A DNA stretch of 64,000 nucleotides, taken from positions 1 through 64,000 of the forward strand of contig JBHGNT010000124.1 in assembly GCA_043228905.1 (NCBI GenBank), read 5' to 3'. The position numbers and the translations under genes are program-made. Under the pieces are notes generated by a model that saw nothing but the letters and a program-made list of their open reading frames with translations, had not been told where the DNA came from and did no database searches. This stretch comes from Azolla caroliniana (Eukaryota > Plantae > Polypodiophyta). Shown in pieces: positions 1 to 11,763 of this stretch (positions are counted from its first letter, which is position 1; the number at the start of each line of letters is the position of its first letter).

Positions 1-287
1 ATCGGCTGAATAAGCCTGAGCCCCGTGAGCGAGATAGATCGGTGAGCTGGTGAGAACCCGATGAGCTAATGAGCCGGTGAGCTGGGGGCAGTAGTAACTG
101 GAAGCCTACTAGTAGCCTAGACTACTAGGCATTAATAGTCTCGTAGTTAGTGTCAAATGCTCGTGTGAGCATTGAAGTACGCTGTACTTCTGTCAGTCCT
201 CCGAGGACTTGTATAAATAATGCTAATGAGCACGTTGTATGTATAGAGAATTTTACAAGATTTTTGAATATAGATTTCTCGTTCTGC

Positions 288-334
<47 letters not shown>

Positions 335-447
335 CTCGCTCTCTCCCGCGTAAGAGTATCTCTTGCGTTTAACTCCTTATTTTTCTGTTTTATGTTTTCT
401 ACCAGTAATCTTGTTTGTCTAAACGCTTCCACACGTTAGTCTTAACA
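1..447 (+). mobile_element. 3' portion of a Ty1/copia-type LTR (solo or 3' LTR), related to the LTRs at 20330 and 36530
   Basis: Shares ATTGAAGTAC..GTCAGTCCT.CGAGGACTTGTATAAA, a (CT)n tract and the terminal GCTTCC.CACGTTA...ACA with LTR 36530-36941. Ends TTAACA at 447 and is not followed by a PBS. Confidence 0.7.
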
Positions 448-851
448 TAAAGTAATCAAAAGTGGAGCCTCACCAAAATTGGCACATACCGGTGGATGTG
501 CAGGTTTGGTGTGGGTGAATGTCGTGTGAATCTTCTCATACTATGTAAAAATTAAATAATGAAATAAGTATTTTAGATTAGATTAGTGGATTGTTATAGA
601 AAGATGGATGTACTCAAGAGCTTCAAAACGCATTTTACTACACACAAAATGGACAACTACATATTAAGTTATATGAACATAAAATTTGAGAAGATAGGGA
701 AAATAGAACTATGATTTATCCCAGATAGGAAACTTAGGCTCTGGCTATATAAGCACATTGAGAACCATCATTTTTCATTTGTGCTATGAGCACTTGGGCC
801 ACTTTGTCTAGATGGATGAATATGGCTAAGTTCCCAAAATTGGCTGGCAAT

Positions 852-1020
852 AAAATGGAACCGACCGGTAATGAAACTAGAACCGGCCGGAAATCAAATT
901 GGAACTGGTTGGAAATCAAACCGGAACCGGCTGGAAATCAATCCCGAATCTGCTGGTAATCAAACCAGAACTGGCCGGAAATCAATCCCTAATTGGCCGG
1001 TAATCAAACCGGAAACCGGC
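852..1020. repeat. Degenerate 22-bp tandem repeat (~8 units, consensus like AAACCGGAACCGGCCGGAAATC)
   Basis: Directly visible periodic units ending GGAAATC/GGTAATC. Confidence 0.8.
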
Positions 1021-1761
1021 GACCGGACAGAACCGGTGATTGGGCGGAACCGGCGACCGAACAAGGTGGGACGCAAACCCGACGAATTGGATGGGCGGCG
1101 ATTGAGATAGACGGATGACAGGATCATGTGGCTAATTAAAGTAAAGTAAAGGAAACTAAAGTAAAGGCCATGTGGACGCATGCAACTAAAGTTGGAAGGC
1201 ATGCAAAGAAAAGGTAGAGATCATGCAACTAAAGAAAACGCCACGTGGGACGCATGCAAGGGAATTGGAGATGCAAATTGAAGTTCCTTCATGCAAGTGT
1301 AAAGGGGAGGGATCTATCACTCATAATTCGATTCTTTTTCCATACGGGAAGGAATCTATCTCTCGAGTAAACCATAATTTCCCTATCGAAGCCATACGAT
1401 CCCGAAACACATAATTTCCTTATCGGAGCCATAGGATCCCGAAAACCCTAATTTCCTTAGAAAAGTCATATCACTAAAAAACCCTAATTTTCTCATCAAA
1501 GCAAAAAAACCCTAATTTTCTATCAAATCCATATCTTAGTTTCTTCTAATCTATTACTCTAGTAATCTCCATTAGCAAACTTATTTGTAATCCCAATATT
1601 GGGATTGATTGTAATCTTTCTTTTCCTTTGTTAGTGAAATTTGTCAATCTTTCTCATTTTGCATTAATTCTTTAAGATAAATATACGAATTTGATATCCT
1701 CTGGTCGAAGGCCCCGGGGTCCTGCCTCAAGTTCACGTATCCTTGTCGTATTTTCGCGACA
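852..1761 (+). mobile_element. Partial LTR of the TGTCG...CGACA (Trp-primed gypsy) type; 5' boundary uncertain
   Basis: Ends TTTTCGCGACA at 1761 directly against copia RT sequence. Its 3' ~330 bp is repeated, diverged, at 2921-3260. Contains AAACCCTAA-rich subrepeats. Confidence 0.55.
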
Positions 1762-2920
1762 CCAGGGCAAACGTTTCTTCGTAATCTATGTTGTGGGTTT
1801 GCGCGTATCCTTTTGTGACAAGACGTGCTTTGAAGTGATTTATGGTGCCATCGATGTTCTGCTTCCCCTTGTAAATCCATCTGTAGCCAATCACTTTCTT
1901 GTTCGGGGGGAGAGGAACAAGATCCCATGTCTCGTTCTTGCATAATGCTTCCATCTCCTCATTCATCGCGTTGATCCATCGTGGATCCTTTGTGGCTTTG
2001 GACAGTGTGTCCTGTTCCCGTACTTACGCTACCTTCATCATGAACGCATAATGATACGCCATGTATTCGTCGTAGCCGTAGCAGGTTACGGGGTTCTTTT
2101 CACGCGTGGAGCGGCGCGGCTTTTCGTTTGTGGATATGAGAGCTTTCTTCATGCCGTCTATATGTATGTCAAGGTTTTCGAACTCATTGTGAAGTTCGAA
2201 ATGATCTTCGTATTCCTGCATTTTCACCTTCCCTTTGGCTAGCTTTGGACTTGGCCGAGATGTGCTTTGATCACTTGAGGGCTCTTGTGGTCTACTCATC
2301 CGTGTCGTAATTGGGCTTTCTTCGTGCATATGCAAGAGATGATCTTCTTCCTCCATATCGATTACGGCAAAATTAGGGTCAGTTGGGGCCGTAATCGGAA
2401 TCGTCTTTGGTGTGTACCAGAATGCGTATTCGTCGAAGACTACGTCTCGACTTGTTCGAACTTTTCGGGTAGATGGGTTGTAGCATTTGTACCCCTTTTG
2501 TTCGAGCGAGTATCCTACGAGGATACATTTCTCTGACTTTGGATTGAGCTTTTGCCGCGTATCGTCGGGAATGTGCACATAGGCGATTGAGCCGAAAATG
2601 CGGACATGCGAAGACTTCTTTCCAAAGAACTTCTCATGAGGAGTTATGTCGTGCACTCCCGAGGTTGTCCACCTGTTCATGAGGTATACATCCGTGTTTG
2701 TTGCTTCTGCCTAGTACGATTTTGGCAGGTTCTTCTCATTCATCATGGCCCGTGCGACTTCAACAATCTGCCGGTTTTTGCGCTCTGCTACACCATTTTG
2801 TTGAGGCGTGTGATGGCATGAGAATTCTCGTCGGATACCTTCTTTTCAGAGATACTCCGTGAGCTCATCCGAAAAGTATTCTTTGCCTCCATCTAATCGA
2901 AGGTAGCGTACGTGCCGGCC
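1762..2920 (-). pseudogene. Ty1/copia pol fragment (integrase C-terminal part to RT N-terminus), disrupted
   Basis: ORFs 2024..2680 and 1733..1966 give KCILVGYS, RDVVFDE, KNETWDLV, KARLVTKGYAQ and DYEETFA. Homologous to 33500-34720. Confidence 0.9.
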
Positions 2921-3260
2921 CAAAAACCCTAATTTTCCCTACAGAAGCGATATCTCTCGTATAACCTAATTCTAATTTTCCCTACGGAAGCCATAACACT
3001 CAAAAACCCTAATTTTCCTTACGAAAGCCATATCTCTCAAAACCCCTAATTTTTCTTTTCTATTAATCACAGTAAACCTAAAACTTTTGAATCCCAATCT
3101 TGGGACATATTGTAATTTATTTTCCTTTGTTAATGAAAATTATTAAATTTCTTATTTCCATTAATTGTTAAAGATATAAACGCACGAATGTGATATCCTT
3201 TAGTCGGAGGCCCTAGGGTCCTACCTCAAGTTCACGTGTCCTCTTCCTATTTTCGCGACA
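2921..3260 (+). mobile_element. Second, 5'-truncated copy of the LTR end seen at ~1430-1761
   Basis: Shared GATATCCT...CTCAAGTTCACGT...TTTTCGCGACA terminus and AAACCCTAATTTT subrepeats. Confidence 0.65.
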
Positions 3261-5639
3261 CCGGCAGCTCGAGCCGACACGACATCGTGAGACCGAGTGA
3301 GAAGGACGGTGGCCGTAGGAAACAGGACCCGGCAACACAAAAGAGCGGATCAAGATCCGGCGAGACGGGAATCAGCAAGCCCGAAGTTGACGAAGTGTGG
3401 AACCCTTACCGGCCGGTTACAGTTTCGGAAGGAGCCAATAAGGGCAAGCAAGGAGCGGTGAGCTAATAAGGGCACACCTGGGAGCGGAACGAGAGACGTG
3501 CATGTGGCCATTAAGGGCCGATTCAAAGCATGAGTACAGGACAGTGTTCGGCACAGGCGGTGCTGAACAAGGACGGCGGAAGGATGCACACGGCGGTGCC
3601 GGGAACAAGAGCACGGTGTCGCGGTATTCTGCGAGTACGTGTAGGATCCTAGGAAGAACCGCGGGGGTCTTGGACTAGGGAGACGAATGGTGGAGTCCTT
3701 AGGCTTTGTGGGTTGCGGTCTGGAATCGGCTTCCGGCTCCAAGGAATGTAGGGTTTCACAAAACAGTTCAACGCGAATATGGACCCGACTCAAATATGTT
3801 ACAAGGAAGATAGATATACACTAACATGAATATATATTACAAGAGCTTTACAACAAGATGGTTATATGCCCTGAATCCAGTGACTAATACAAACAATCGG
3901 TTAATATCTCAAGATAAGAATAGGGGACTGGTGAAGGTGAGTCAAATGGGCCGCCGGGACCGCGACGTCCATCATTGGTCACGCCCCGAAGACGATGGAG
4001 TGTTCCCGTGCCGCTTCGTCCTCCCTTCTCAAACCGGCCGCCATGCGAAACGCTCTCCATCGAGGAGAGGAAACCGAACCTCCAAGCACCGCCACCAGAA
4101 TGGCTAAACCCATTGTTGTAGGAACCCTCAAACCAAACCAAACTCTCACACGAAGAAGAGAGGGTAGCAACCGAAACCCTAAACAACATACCCTAACTCG
4201 CACGAACTCTCTCCGGGAGAAAAACCTAAACAGAATACTAACCTCCACTCAAAAGAATGAACCAAACCCACGAGACAATGATGAAGAAAGCTCAAAATGG
4301 AACCCTAAACGAAATAGGGTGAAAAGACCCAAGTAGAAACCCTAAGGGAACAAGAATAAGATGAAGAGGAAGAACACTACCAAACCCTAGACCTAAGTGG
4401 TATACCCTTCTAACTCCAAAATTGGCAACCCCTTCCAAAGTGACCCCTCCCTTCCTTTTATAGCCCAAGGAGGGAGAGATGTTACAATGTGGGATAAGTT
4501 CTCCCCTTATTCTATATACCATATTACTACTATACATGTGCCCATGTTGCACACCACCGACTTGCCCTTTCCACCCCAGTTTCACACCGTAGCTGGAAAT
4601 CTTCACGACATCTGCCCCCCACCAAATTGCACGTCCACCGATACGTGCCAAGAAAGAAAAGGGTGAGAGATTTCGGCGACGGTGATCAACTGGGTTCTCT
4701 GCCTTCCTGACACCCGACCGTCTTGTTGGCTCCTTACCGGCCCTGATCCATCGGCTCCATCTGATCCACGCTTGCCTCCGGTAGGCGCTACCCATGTGTC
4801 ATTGTCGTCCTCCGAATGCGCACTCATTCTTCGGTCCTTAGGTGACCCCATTATGCGCTCCTTGTTTCTACCTCGCTCGTCGCGCTCTCTCTCAGTAGAG
4901 CGTGCCGTCACCCCGACCTCCATGTCGGTGCCCTTCACGTCGTCCCGGTTGCCATCCCGTGTTGTTGCCCGTTGCCTTCGTCCCCTTGCCACCACCTTCC
5001 TTCTCCTTGTTCTTACATTGCCTCGGCGGTTTGAACTTCCAAAGTCTCCGAAACCGGTGTGGAGGATCCCTCTCCAACCTTCCGTTCGAGATCACCTTAA
5101 CCGGCAACCATCCTTCGCGCCTATACTCCCTTTCAGCACCTCTGTGTGCCGACATTCCCTCCTCATAGTTCGTGTTACGGGCATGACCATATAATATCCC
5201 GTGGTGAGAATTGTCGTAGTATTCTATACACGTGGATAAGTGTGAGGGTTAAACAAAGAGTCTAAAGAAGGGGAGGATTACTTTTAATCCTCGGGATTGA
5301 GACAACCCATGAGGCCAAGTGTGAACATGGCTGGGGGCCTTGAGAATTACTATAAATAAGAGGCCTAGCTACCCTCATTTGGGCATGCATTGACTACGTC
5401 GAGACTCTGTCCGTGAGTGGAACGACTCTTGTAGCAAGCGCGCTATTGTCCAGGTACGACTCGACGCCAAGGCGGTGGTATGGGACGCCGATCGAGGCTC
5501 GAGTCCGTCTCGATCCCTTCGCTCGGGGGTGGTCGGGTGGATCGGCACCCTTCTTTCTCTCTTTTCTCTCTATTCTTTCTAGATCTATCATTGATATATC
5601 CTTATTTTATGCTTACTTTAGTACCTAATCTCTAATATT

Positions 5640-5652
5640 TGGTATCAGAGCC
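5640..5652 (+). promoter_or_regulatory. Primer-binding site, tRNA-iMet
   Basis: TGGTATCAGAGCC, 2 nt after the 5' LTR. Confidence 0.92.
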
Positions 5653-5883
5653 TATGTACTAACGTTTCTTTTGGTTTTCTTTTTGTCTTCGCGTGGGATG
5701 GCGATTGATCGTTGTGCGGTCGCCTTCATGCAGACAAGGATTAGCGAAAGAACTTCGGTAAATTTTCCTTAATTTTTTATCTAATTTTTCTTCTCCCTTC
5801 TATACATGTGTATACTTAATATGTAGTTTTTTTTTCATATATTCAATGATGTTGACGTGGTATTTAATTGGTTATCTTAAACG

Positions 5884-6150
5884 TTTATATATGTCCACGA
5901 GGTCAATACCTCGTTTGACATATAAATCATATGTGATGAGTGTCGTATGCGTACGAGGTTACTACCTCAATTGCGTATTACGTTCACGAACATATGTTAC
6001 GTTCGCGTACGAGGTCAATACCTCGATTCGTTCGAATTGATATGCGTTGGATTTACTATGCGTAAGAGGTCAATACCTCAATTGCGAATTACGCTTAACC
6101 TTATTTTCGGATGTTTCGTGTGCGTAGAGGTATATGCCTCGATTACGTAT
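5884..6150 (+). repeat. Array of five stem-loops GAGGT-N4-(A/G)CCTC with 55-61 nt period in the chromovirus leader
   Basis: Stems start at 5899, 5955, 6011, 6066 and 6127. Confidence 0.85.
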
Positions 6151-7248
6151 CCCGAATACATCATTGTTGGCTATATAAAAAAAAAACGATTCATTTAGTA
6201 TACGCATATGTGGTCACTTATATACGTCTCTGATCGTATATATGTGATATATTGACATATGTGTATATTTTAGATTACGTGATTCATATCAAATGTTTTC
6301 CTACTTGGGGAGAGGATTTTGGTGGCCGTCCTCACATTTTTGTGAGAATGGCGTTGTCACCATCCCTTTTATCAACAATTTTTATTGTTGAAATTCCCGT
6401 TGGTCACTTTGATATTTCGTTACGTAACGAACCTCGTATAGCCAAAATGATGTTGAATACGTCGGGCTTGATCCACATCAAGTAGGGTCGCTCTAATGAC
6501 ACACGTATCCAACATCTCCCCTCGTTACATGGATACGATGCCACCATGAGCTCGTTCTTACGAGTGGCATTCGTAATGACGTGACCATGTGATGGGCCAC
6601 ATGAGCCTACGAAGACACAAGGGCTCATTCGGCTTGACCATTAGGTTACACTTTGGCATATGCCATCGTAATTACGAGGCTTGAGGTTAGGTAGCGTACA
6701 ACCATAGTGGGTAATAAATGAGGGAGAAATAAGGCCACTTGACCTATATGTTTCTTTTAAACAAAAACATATAGGGGCAAATGCCTCGCATATCTCGAAT
6801 ACGCCTCAAACATTAAACATTCAAGACGCGCAATATACTTGGTTGGCTCAAGTGTTTAATGTATTTGTCCTCGAGGTCTCGAGTTCAAATATGACCAACA
6901 CCATACAACATCGTTGATACATATGACTATAATACATGTTTAGACTTTAGGTCTAAGTGCACTTCGGGGTCCTCGTAATAGGACTTAAAGAGCCGAAACC
7001 ACATATGTGGGCACAGAAACATAGTTATTGTTAACATTTTTTTCGTGTATAAACTATTCATGACGCGAACATACATGGTTGAGCCTCGGGGAGCCGCCAT
7101 GAAAAAAATCGATATAGAGATCAGGGAAAGGCATTCATTTGTCACCCCCATGGTTTTTAAAACACCTCTGTGTTACCATAGTAACCTGATCTTGAACCTC
7201 ATCTCATACGTCTAAAGGGGTATTGACGTGAGATCATGATATCGATTA

Positions 7249-10200
7249 ATGTTTGCCCATGATATGTTTACACCACGACAAGATGTTATGACTATTTGTC
7301 TGACCTTATCTTATTTCTTTGCCAGAAATAATCATTCAATGGCTCAGAATAACGACCCGATGCCCTCTGCTCAAGCGGAAAGACCTCAAGGAAATCCTCC
7401 TGGGACAATGTCCATTGAGGCGTATATTTTACAAGTACAACATTTCCTTAGTTCAACCGCGCAGCAGTTGACCGAATTTCGGCAATCTCAAAGTGCTCTC
7501 GAGGCACGAGTCATTAGTCTCCAAAATGAGATTAATAGACCTGATGAGCGTCAGGGTGAACCATCATTTGTCGTAAAGCCATTTATGGGAGATAAAAAGG
7601 AAAGAACCGAAGAAGCAATCTGCACGTGGCTGGGCCGATGGGAGTCTCATTTTGAGCTCTATCCCACGCCAGATAGTACGAAGATTGCATATGTCGGCCG
7701 AGAACTAGGGGGTAAGGCCGCCGCCTGGTGGCGTGGCCTCCGAACTTTGGGGAGATTGCCCGAGACCTGGACAGACTTTGTCACAGTTTTCAAGGGTCAA
7801 TTTCTACAACCTCCCTCTCGAACCGAGGCAGCACAAGCTTTAATGAACCTCTCTAGCAGGAAGTTTTCCTCGCTAGAAGACTATGTCCACCATGCTAGAA
7901 CCCAAATCCAAAAATCGGGTCTAGAAGGGGACAATTGGTTAATAGCTTGTTTTGTCAATGGCATCCCCAATTCGGACTATCACTGGATAGTGCACGATAA
8001 GGATCCAAAATCCTTCGAAGAGGCCGTTGAGATAGTTCTTCGCTATCAACGCACTTCGAAGAAGGACCATAACAAACCCAACGAAGCGCCCGGGACTAAG
8101 CAGTCGCAATTCGTTGGGAAACGCAAGACACCCAACGAATTCATGGATCACGATAATAAGCGACAACATCCTTTTTGCGTATTTTGCAAAAAGAAGGGTC
8201 ATACAAAAGAGCAATGTCGTAAGCTCCAACGAAAAGAGCACGACGCCAAACCTAAAGCTACAGACCATAAAGGTCAGATTCCTAATGTCCTTCAGGTCTA
8301 TACACATCATTTGAGTAATTGTCAATGTTCTTTCCCTCATTATGTATTGGGTCCCAATGATTTACTACGTGCAAACGGGTATATCAATGGATCTCCCGTA
8401 CAATTTTTATTTGATTCGGGAAGCTCACACAATTTTGTGAATGATCGTTTGGTACAGATATGGGGAATCCAACCCACCGTAAGTGATCACACCTACACGG
8501 TGCACTTGGCTGATGGAAGAGTACAACACATCAACGGGGCGATTCATTCTTTAGGAATTTCTATTGATACCTATATAGAGGAAGTAGACTTCCATGTAAT
8601 GAATCTTAGTACCACCGATGTAATACTGGGTTATCCCTGGTTTTATAATAAAAGCTCTTCTTTATTTATTGATTGGGTTCGCCATTCCATTTCTTTTGTA
8701 CTCAACGATTGTACGCATTTTATTCAATGTGTAAAAAAACAATCCCTCTCGATTGTTTCCTCGTGTCCATCAATATCCGAGTTGTCTTGTTCTACGTTAT
8801 TTTATTGTGTACTTGATCCGGACATTCACGTTTACAATATCGATAATGTCTCGGGTCAATTAACATATTTTGAACAAAAACAACTTGATGAAATCGTAAA
8901 CGATTTTCGTGATGTTTTTCCGAGTGAAGTACCCGATGGTTTACCTCCTAAACGTAATATAGACCATCGTATAGATATTGTACCTGGCATTGCACCCATT
9001 AGTATACCTCCGTATCGCCTAAGTCGATCTGAAGAGGATGAGGTAGCTAAGCAACTTAAAGACTATTTACGAATGGGTTATATACGTTATAGTAAATCTC
9101 CATGGGGTGCACCAGTTCTCTTGGTTAAAAAGAAAGAGGGCACATGGCGTATGTGTATTAATTACCGACGCTTGAATAAAGTGACAATCAAGAATTCGTA
9201 CCCATTGCCCCGGGCTGACGATCTAATTGACCGTCTCCAGGGAGCTCGGTATTTTACGAAACTTGATCTCCGTACTGGCTACCATCAAATACGAATAAGT
9301 GAGGACGATGTTCCTAAAACAGCATTTCGTACGCGCTACGGCCATTATGAGTTTTTGGTTATGCCTTTTGGTTTGACCAATGCTCCGGCTACATTTCAAC
9401 AAGAAATGAATGACATTTTCCGAGAACAACTTGGAAAATTTGTCGTTATCTTCTTAGATGATATTTTAGTTTATAGCCGTACATTACAAGAACATGCTAG
9501 ACATGTCCGCTTTGTTTTACAAATATTGCGTGACAAACAATTTTACGCGAAGATCTCAAAATGTGAGTTCTTCAAGAAATCAATTACTTATCTTGGACAT
9601 CTCATAACCGAACGAGGAGTTGAAATTGATCCTTCTCGCATCGAGAAAATCAAGCTTTGGCCCACTCTTCGGAATATTCGAGAAGTTCGATCATTCCTTG
9701 GTTTTGTCGGATTTTTGCGAAAATCTCTTCGTAATTACTCACAATTGACGACGCCGTTTACTGATCTTCTAAAAGGTCAAACGCGTAAGTCTACAAAACC
9801 TATTGTGTGGAATGCTACACTAGACCTCGCCTTTAAGGAACTCAAGGACTTGGTATGCAAGGCTCCTTCACTTCTTTTACCCGATCCTTCAAAACCTTTT
9901 GAGGTTGAAACCGACGCAAGCGATTATGCTATAGGTGCTGTCTTGTATCAAGATGGTAAACCAATAGCATTCGAGAGTAAGAAACTTGATTCTGCTCAAT
10001 GTCGGTATACCGTTCAAGAAAAGGAATTATTTGCGGTTATACATGCGCTCAAAACATGGCGCCATTATCTTTATGGAAATCGCTTTGTGGTAACTACGGA
10101 CCACGAGTCCTTGAAATATTTTTGTGACCAACAAGACCTGAAAGGTCGTAAGGCACGATGGGCTGATCTCATCCAGGACTTTGATTTTTCCATACGATAT

Positions 10201-11763
10201 CGTAAAGGTTCCATGAATACTGTCGCTGATGCACTAAGTCGCATCCGTGAAGTTAACATGCTTAGCTTCACTGAAATAACATCAGATCTTTATGATCACC
10301 TTCGAGGAAAGTATCCTGATGACAATTATTTTGCAAAATACTGGGCAAGAGTCGAGTCTGGAACAGACACCACCACACCCTCGAAGGAATACTTCCACAT
10401 TGCTAACGGTCTGCTCTACCGTAATGGGAAGGTTTGTGTTCCAGATTTACCTGAGGTCAAAAAGAGAATTCTTTTTGAATGCCATGATGCACCCTCAGCA
10501 GGGCACCCTGGAATACATCGTACACTCGTTCTCATCTCCACTCAATTTTATTGGCCTAAGATGCGTCCTGACATACATAGCTATGTGACTAAATGTCACC
10601 AATGTCAGGTTAACAAAGCCGAGCGACTTAAAGCCGAAGGACTTTTACATCCCTTGGACATTCCCAATAATAAGTGGGAAAGTATATCCATGGATTTTAT
10701 TGTTAGCCTTCCTCGCACCCAAAAAGGTCATGATGCCATATGGGTTGTGGTTGACAGACTAACTAAAATGGCCAGATTTATTGCCACGGTAACAGCTCCT
10801 GAATTGGCTTACCAATTCGTTGATGACTTATTTCGTTTTTACGGGTTACCGATGGATATCGTGAGTGACCGAGATCCGAAGTTTACTAGTGACTTCTGGA
10901 CGCAAGTCTTTAAGAAGTTAGAAACTACGTTGAGCATGAGCTCCACGGATCATCCTCAATCCGATGGACAGACAGAACGAGTAAATCAAATTATTGAGGA
11001 CATGCTTCGAGCATACGTTGGTGCAAAACCAACAAAATGGGAACGTTACCTCCCAATTTTGGAGTTTGCTTATAACAGCTCCAAGCATACGTCGACGGGA
11101 TATAGTCCTTTTATGTTGATGTATGGATTTCAGCCACGAGCCCCGATTGATGTTAATATACATCATGATGAGTTGCGAAGTACGCAAAACTTTCTTCGGG
11201 ATATGCAAGATATGTTGCATATTGCACGGGATAATATAAAAACAGCTCAAGATAGAGCGCGTTTTTATGCCGATCATCACAAGCAACCTCGTGTATTCAG
11301 CCCTGGACAGAAGGTATTTTTACGTGTACCTCACAATTCTAAGACATTGTCTACGGGTAAGTGCGCTAAGTTAGCCCCACGGTTTTGTGGACCTTTTACA
11401 GTCCTCAAACGCATTGGATCATCAGCCTATCGTCTCGCTCTTCCCGATGGTGTTGGAATCCATCCAGTCTTTCATGTAAGTCGTCTAAAAGAACTTCTAG
11501 GTTCTGGCGACAATACAGTCACAACTAAAACTCTGGTTACTTCTGAAGATTTATCTTCTAAACCACATGTACCAGAAAGAATTCTCGATGTTAAAACAAA
11601 AAAATTACGTGCTAGGGAAATCCGAGAATTTAAAATAAAATGGATGGATAAATCAATCAAGGATGCCACATGGGAACGCGAAACGACTCTAAGAACTAAC
11701 TTCCCTAACTTTCCATTGCAAGAGTGCAATGTTTTAAAGAGGGGGAGTATGTTACGGGCATGA
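7249..11763 (+). CDS. Gag-Pol polyprotein (capsid, CCHC knuckle, aspartic protease, RT, RNase H, integrase, chromodomain); likely start ATG 7339
   Basis: Uninterrupted 1504-aa ORF with [38 protein letters not shown] zinc finger, SMDF/SDRD/QTER, GPF and C-terminal PERILD...IKW...ATWE. Confidence 0.96.
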   Translation: MFAHDMFTPRQDVMTICLTLSYFFARNNHSMAQNNDPMPSAQAERPQGNPPGTMSIEAYILQVQHFLSSTAQQLTEFRQSQSALEARVISLQNEINRPDERQGEPSFVVKPFMGDKKERTEEAICTWLGRWESHFELYPTPDSTKIAYVGRELGGKAAAWWRGLRTLGRLPETWTDFVTVFKGQFLQPPSRTEAAQALMNLSSRKFSSLEDYVHHARTQIQKSGLEGDNWLIACFVNGIPNSDYHWIVHDKDPKSFEEAVEIVLRYQRTSKKDHNKPNEAPGTKQSQFVGKRKTPNEFMDHDNKRQHPFCVFCKKKGHTKEQCRKLQRKEHDAKPKATDHKGQIPNVLQVYTHHLSNCQCSFPHYVLGPNDLLRANGYINGSPVQFLFDSGSSHNFVNDRLVQIWGIQPTVSDHTYTVHLADGRVQHINGAIHSLGISIDTYIEEVDFHVMNLSTTDVILGYPWFYNKSSSLFIDWVRHSISFVLNDCTHFIQCVKKQSLSIVSSCPSISELSCSTLFYCVLDPDIHVYNIDNVSGQLTYFEQKQLDEIVNDFRDVFPSEVPDGLPPKRNIDHRIDIVPGIAPISIPPYRLSRSEEDEVAKQLKDYLRMGYIRYSKSPWGAPVLLVKKKEGTWRMCINYRRLNKVTIKNSYPLPRADDLIDRLQGARYFTKLDLRTGYHQIRISEDDVPKTAFRTRYGHYEFLVMPFGLTNAPATFQQEMNDIFREQLGKFVVIFLDDILVYSRTLQEHARHVRFVLQILRDKQFYAKISKCEFFKKSITYLGHLITERGVEIDPSRIEKIKLWPTLRNIREVRSFLGFVGFLRKSLRNYSQLTTPFTDLLKGQTRKSTKPIVWNATLDLAFKELKDLVCKAPSLLLPDPSKPFEVETDASDYAIGAVLYQDGKPIAFESKKLDSAQCRYTVQEKELFAVIHALKTWRHYLYGNRFVVTTDHESLKYFCDQQDLKGRKARWADLIQDFDFSIRYRKGSMNTVADALSRIREVNMLSFTEITSDLYDHLRGKYPDDNYFAKYWARVESGTDTTTPSKEYFHIANGLLYRNGKVCVPDLPEVKKRILFECHDAPSAGHPGIHRTLVLISTQFYWPKMRPDIHSYVTKCHQCQVNKAERLKAEGLLHPLDIPNNKWESISMDFIVSLPRTQKGHDAIWVVVDRLTKMARFIATVTAPELAYQFVDDLFRFYGLPMDIVSDRDPKFTSDFWTQVFKKLETTLSMSSTDHPQSDGQTERVNQIIEDMLRAYVGAKPTKWERYLPILEFAYNSSKHTSTGYSPFMLMYGFQPRAPIDVNIHHDELRSTQNFLRDMQDMLHIARDNIKTAQDRARFYADHHKQPRVFSPGQKVFLRVPHNSKTLSTGKCAKLAPRFCGPFTVLKRIGSSAYRLALPDGVGIHPVFHVSRLKELLGSGDNTVTTKTLVTSEDLSSKPHVPERILDVKTKKLRAREIREFKIKWMDKSIKDATWERETTLRTNFPNFPLQECNVLKRGSMLRA

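Noticed and set aside
150-439. ORFs with SLSLSL runs, and ERERER or VCVCVC ORFs at 55242-56417
   Set aside because: Translations of dinucleotide microsatellites.
3236-5194. Many overlapping 70-170-aa ORFs here and at 12195-16710
   Set aside because: GC-rich non-coding LTR or internal sequence with no recognisable domains; frames are not conserved between homologous copies.
5884-6150. CRISPR-like repeat-spacer appearance
   Set aside because: Eukaryotic retroelement leader with a 14-bp degenerate core, related spacers and no cas genes.
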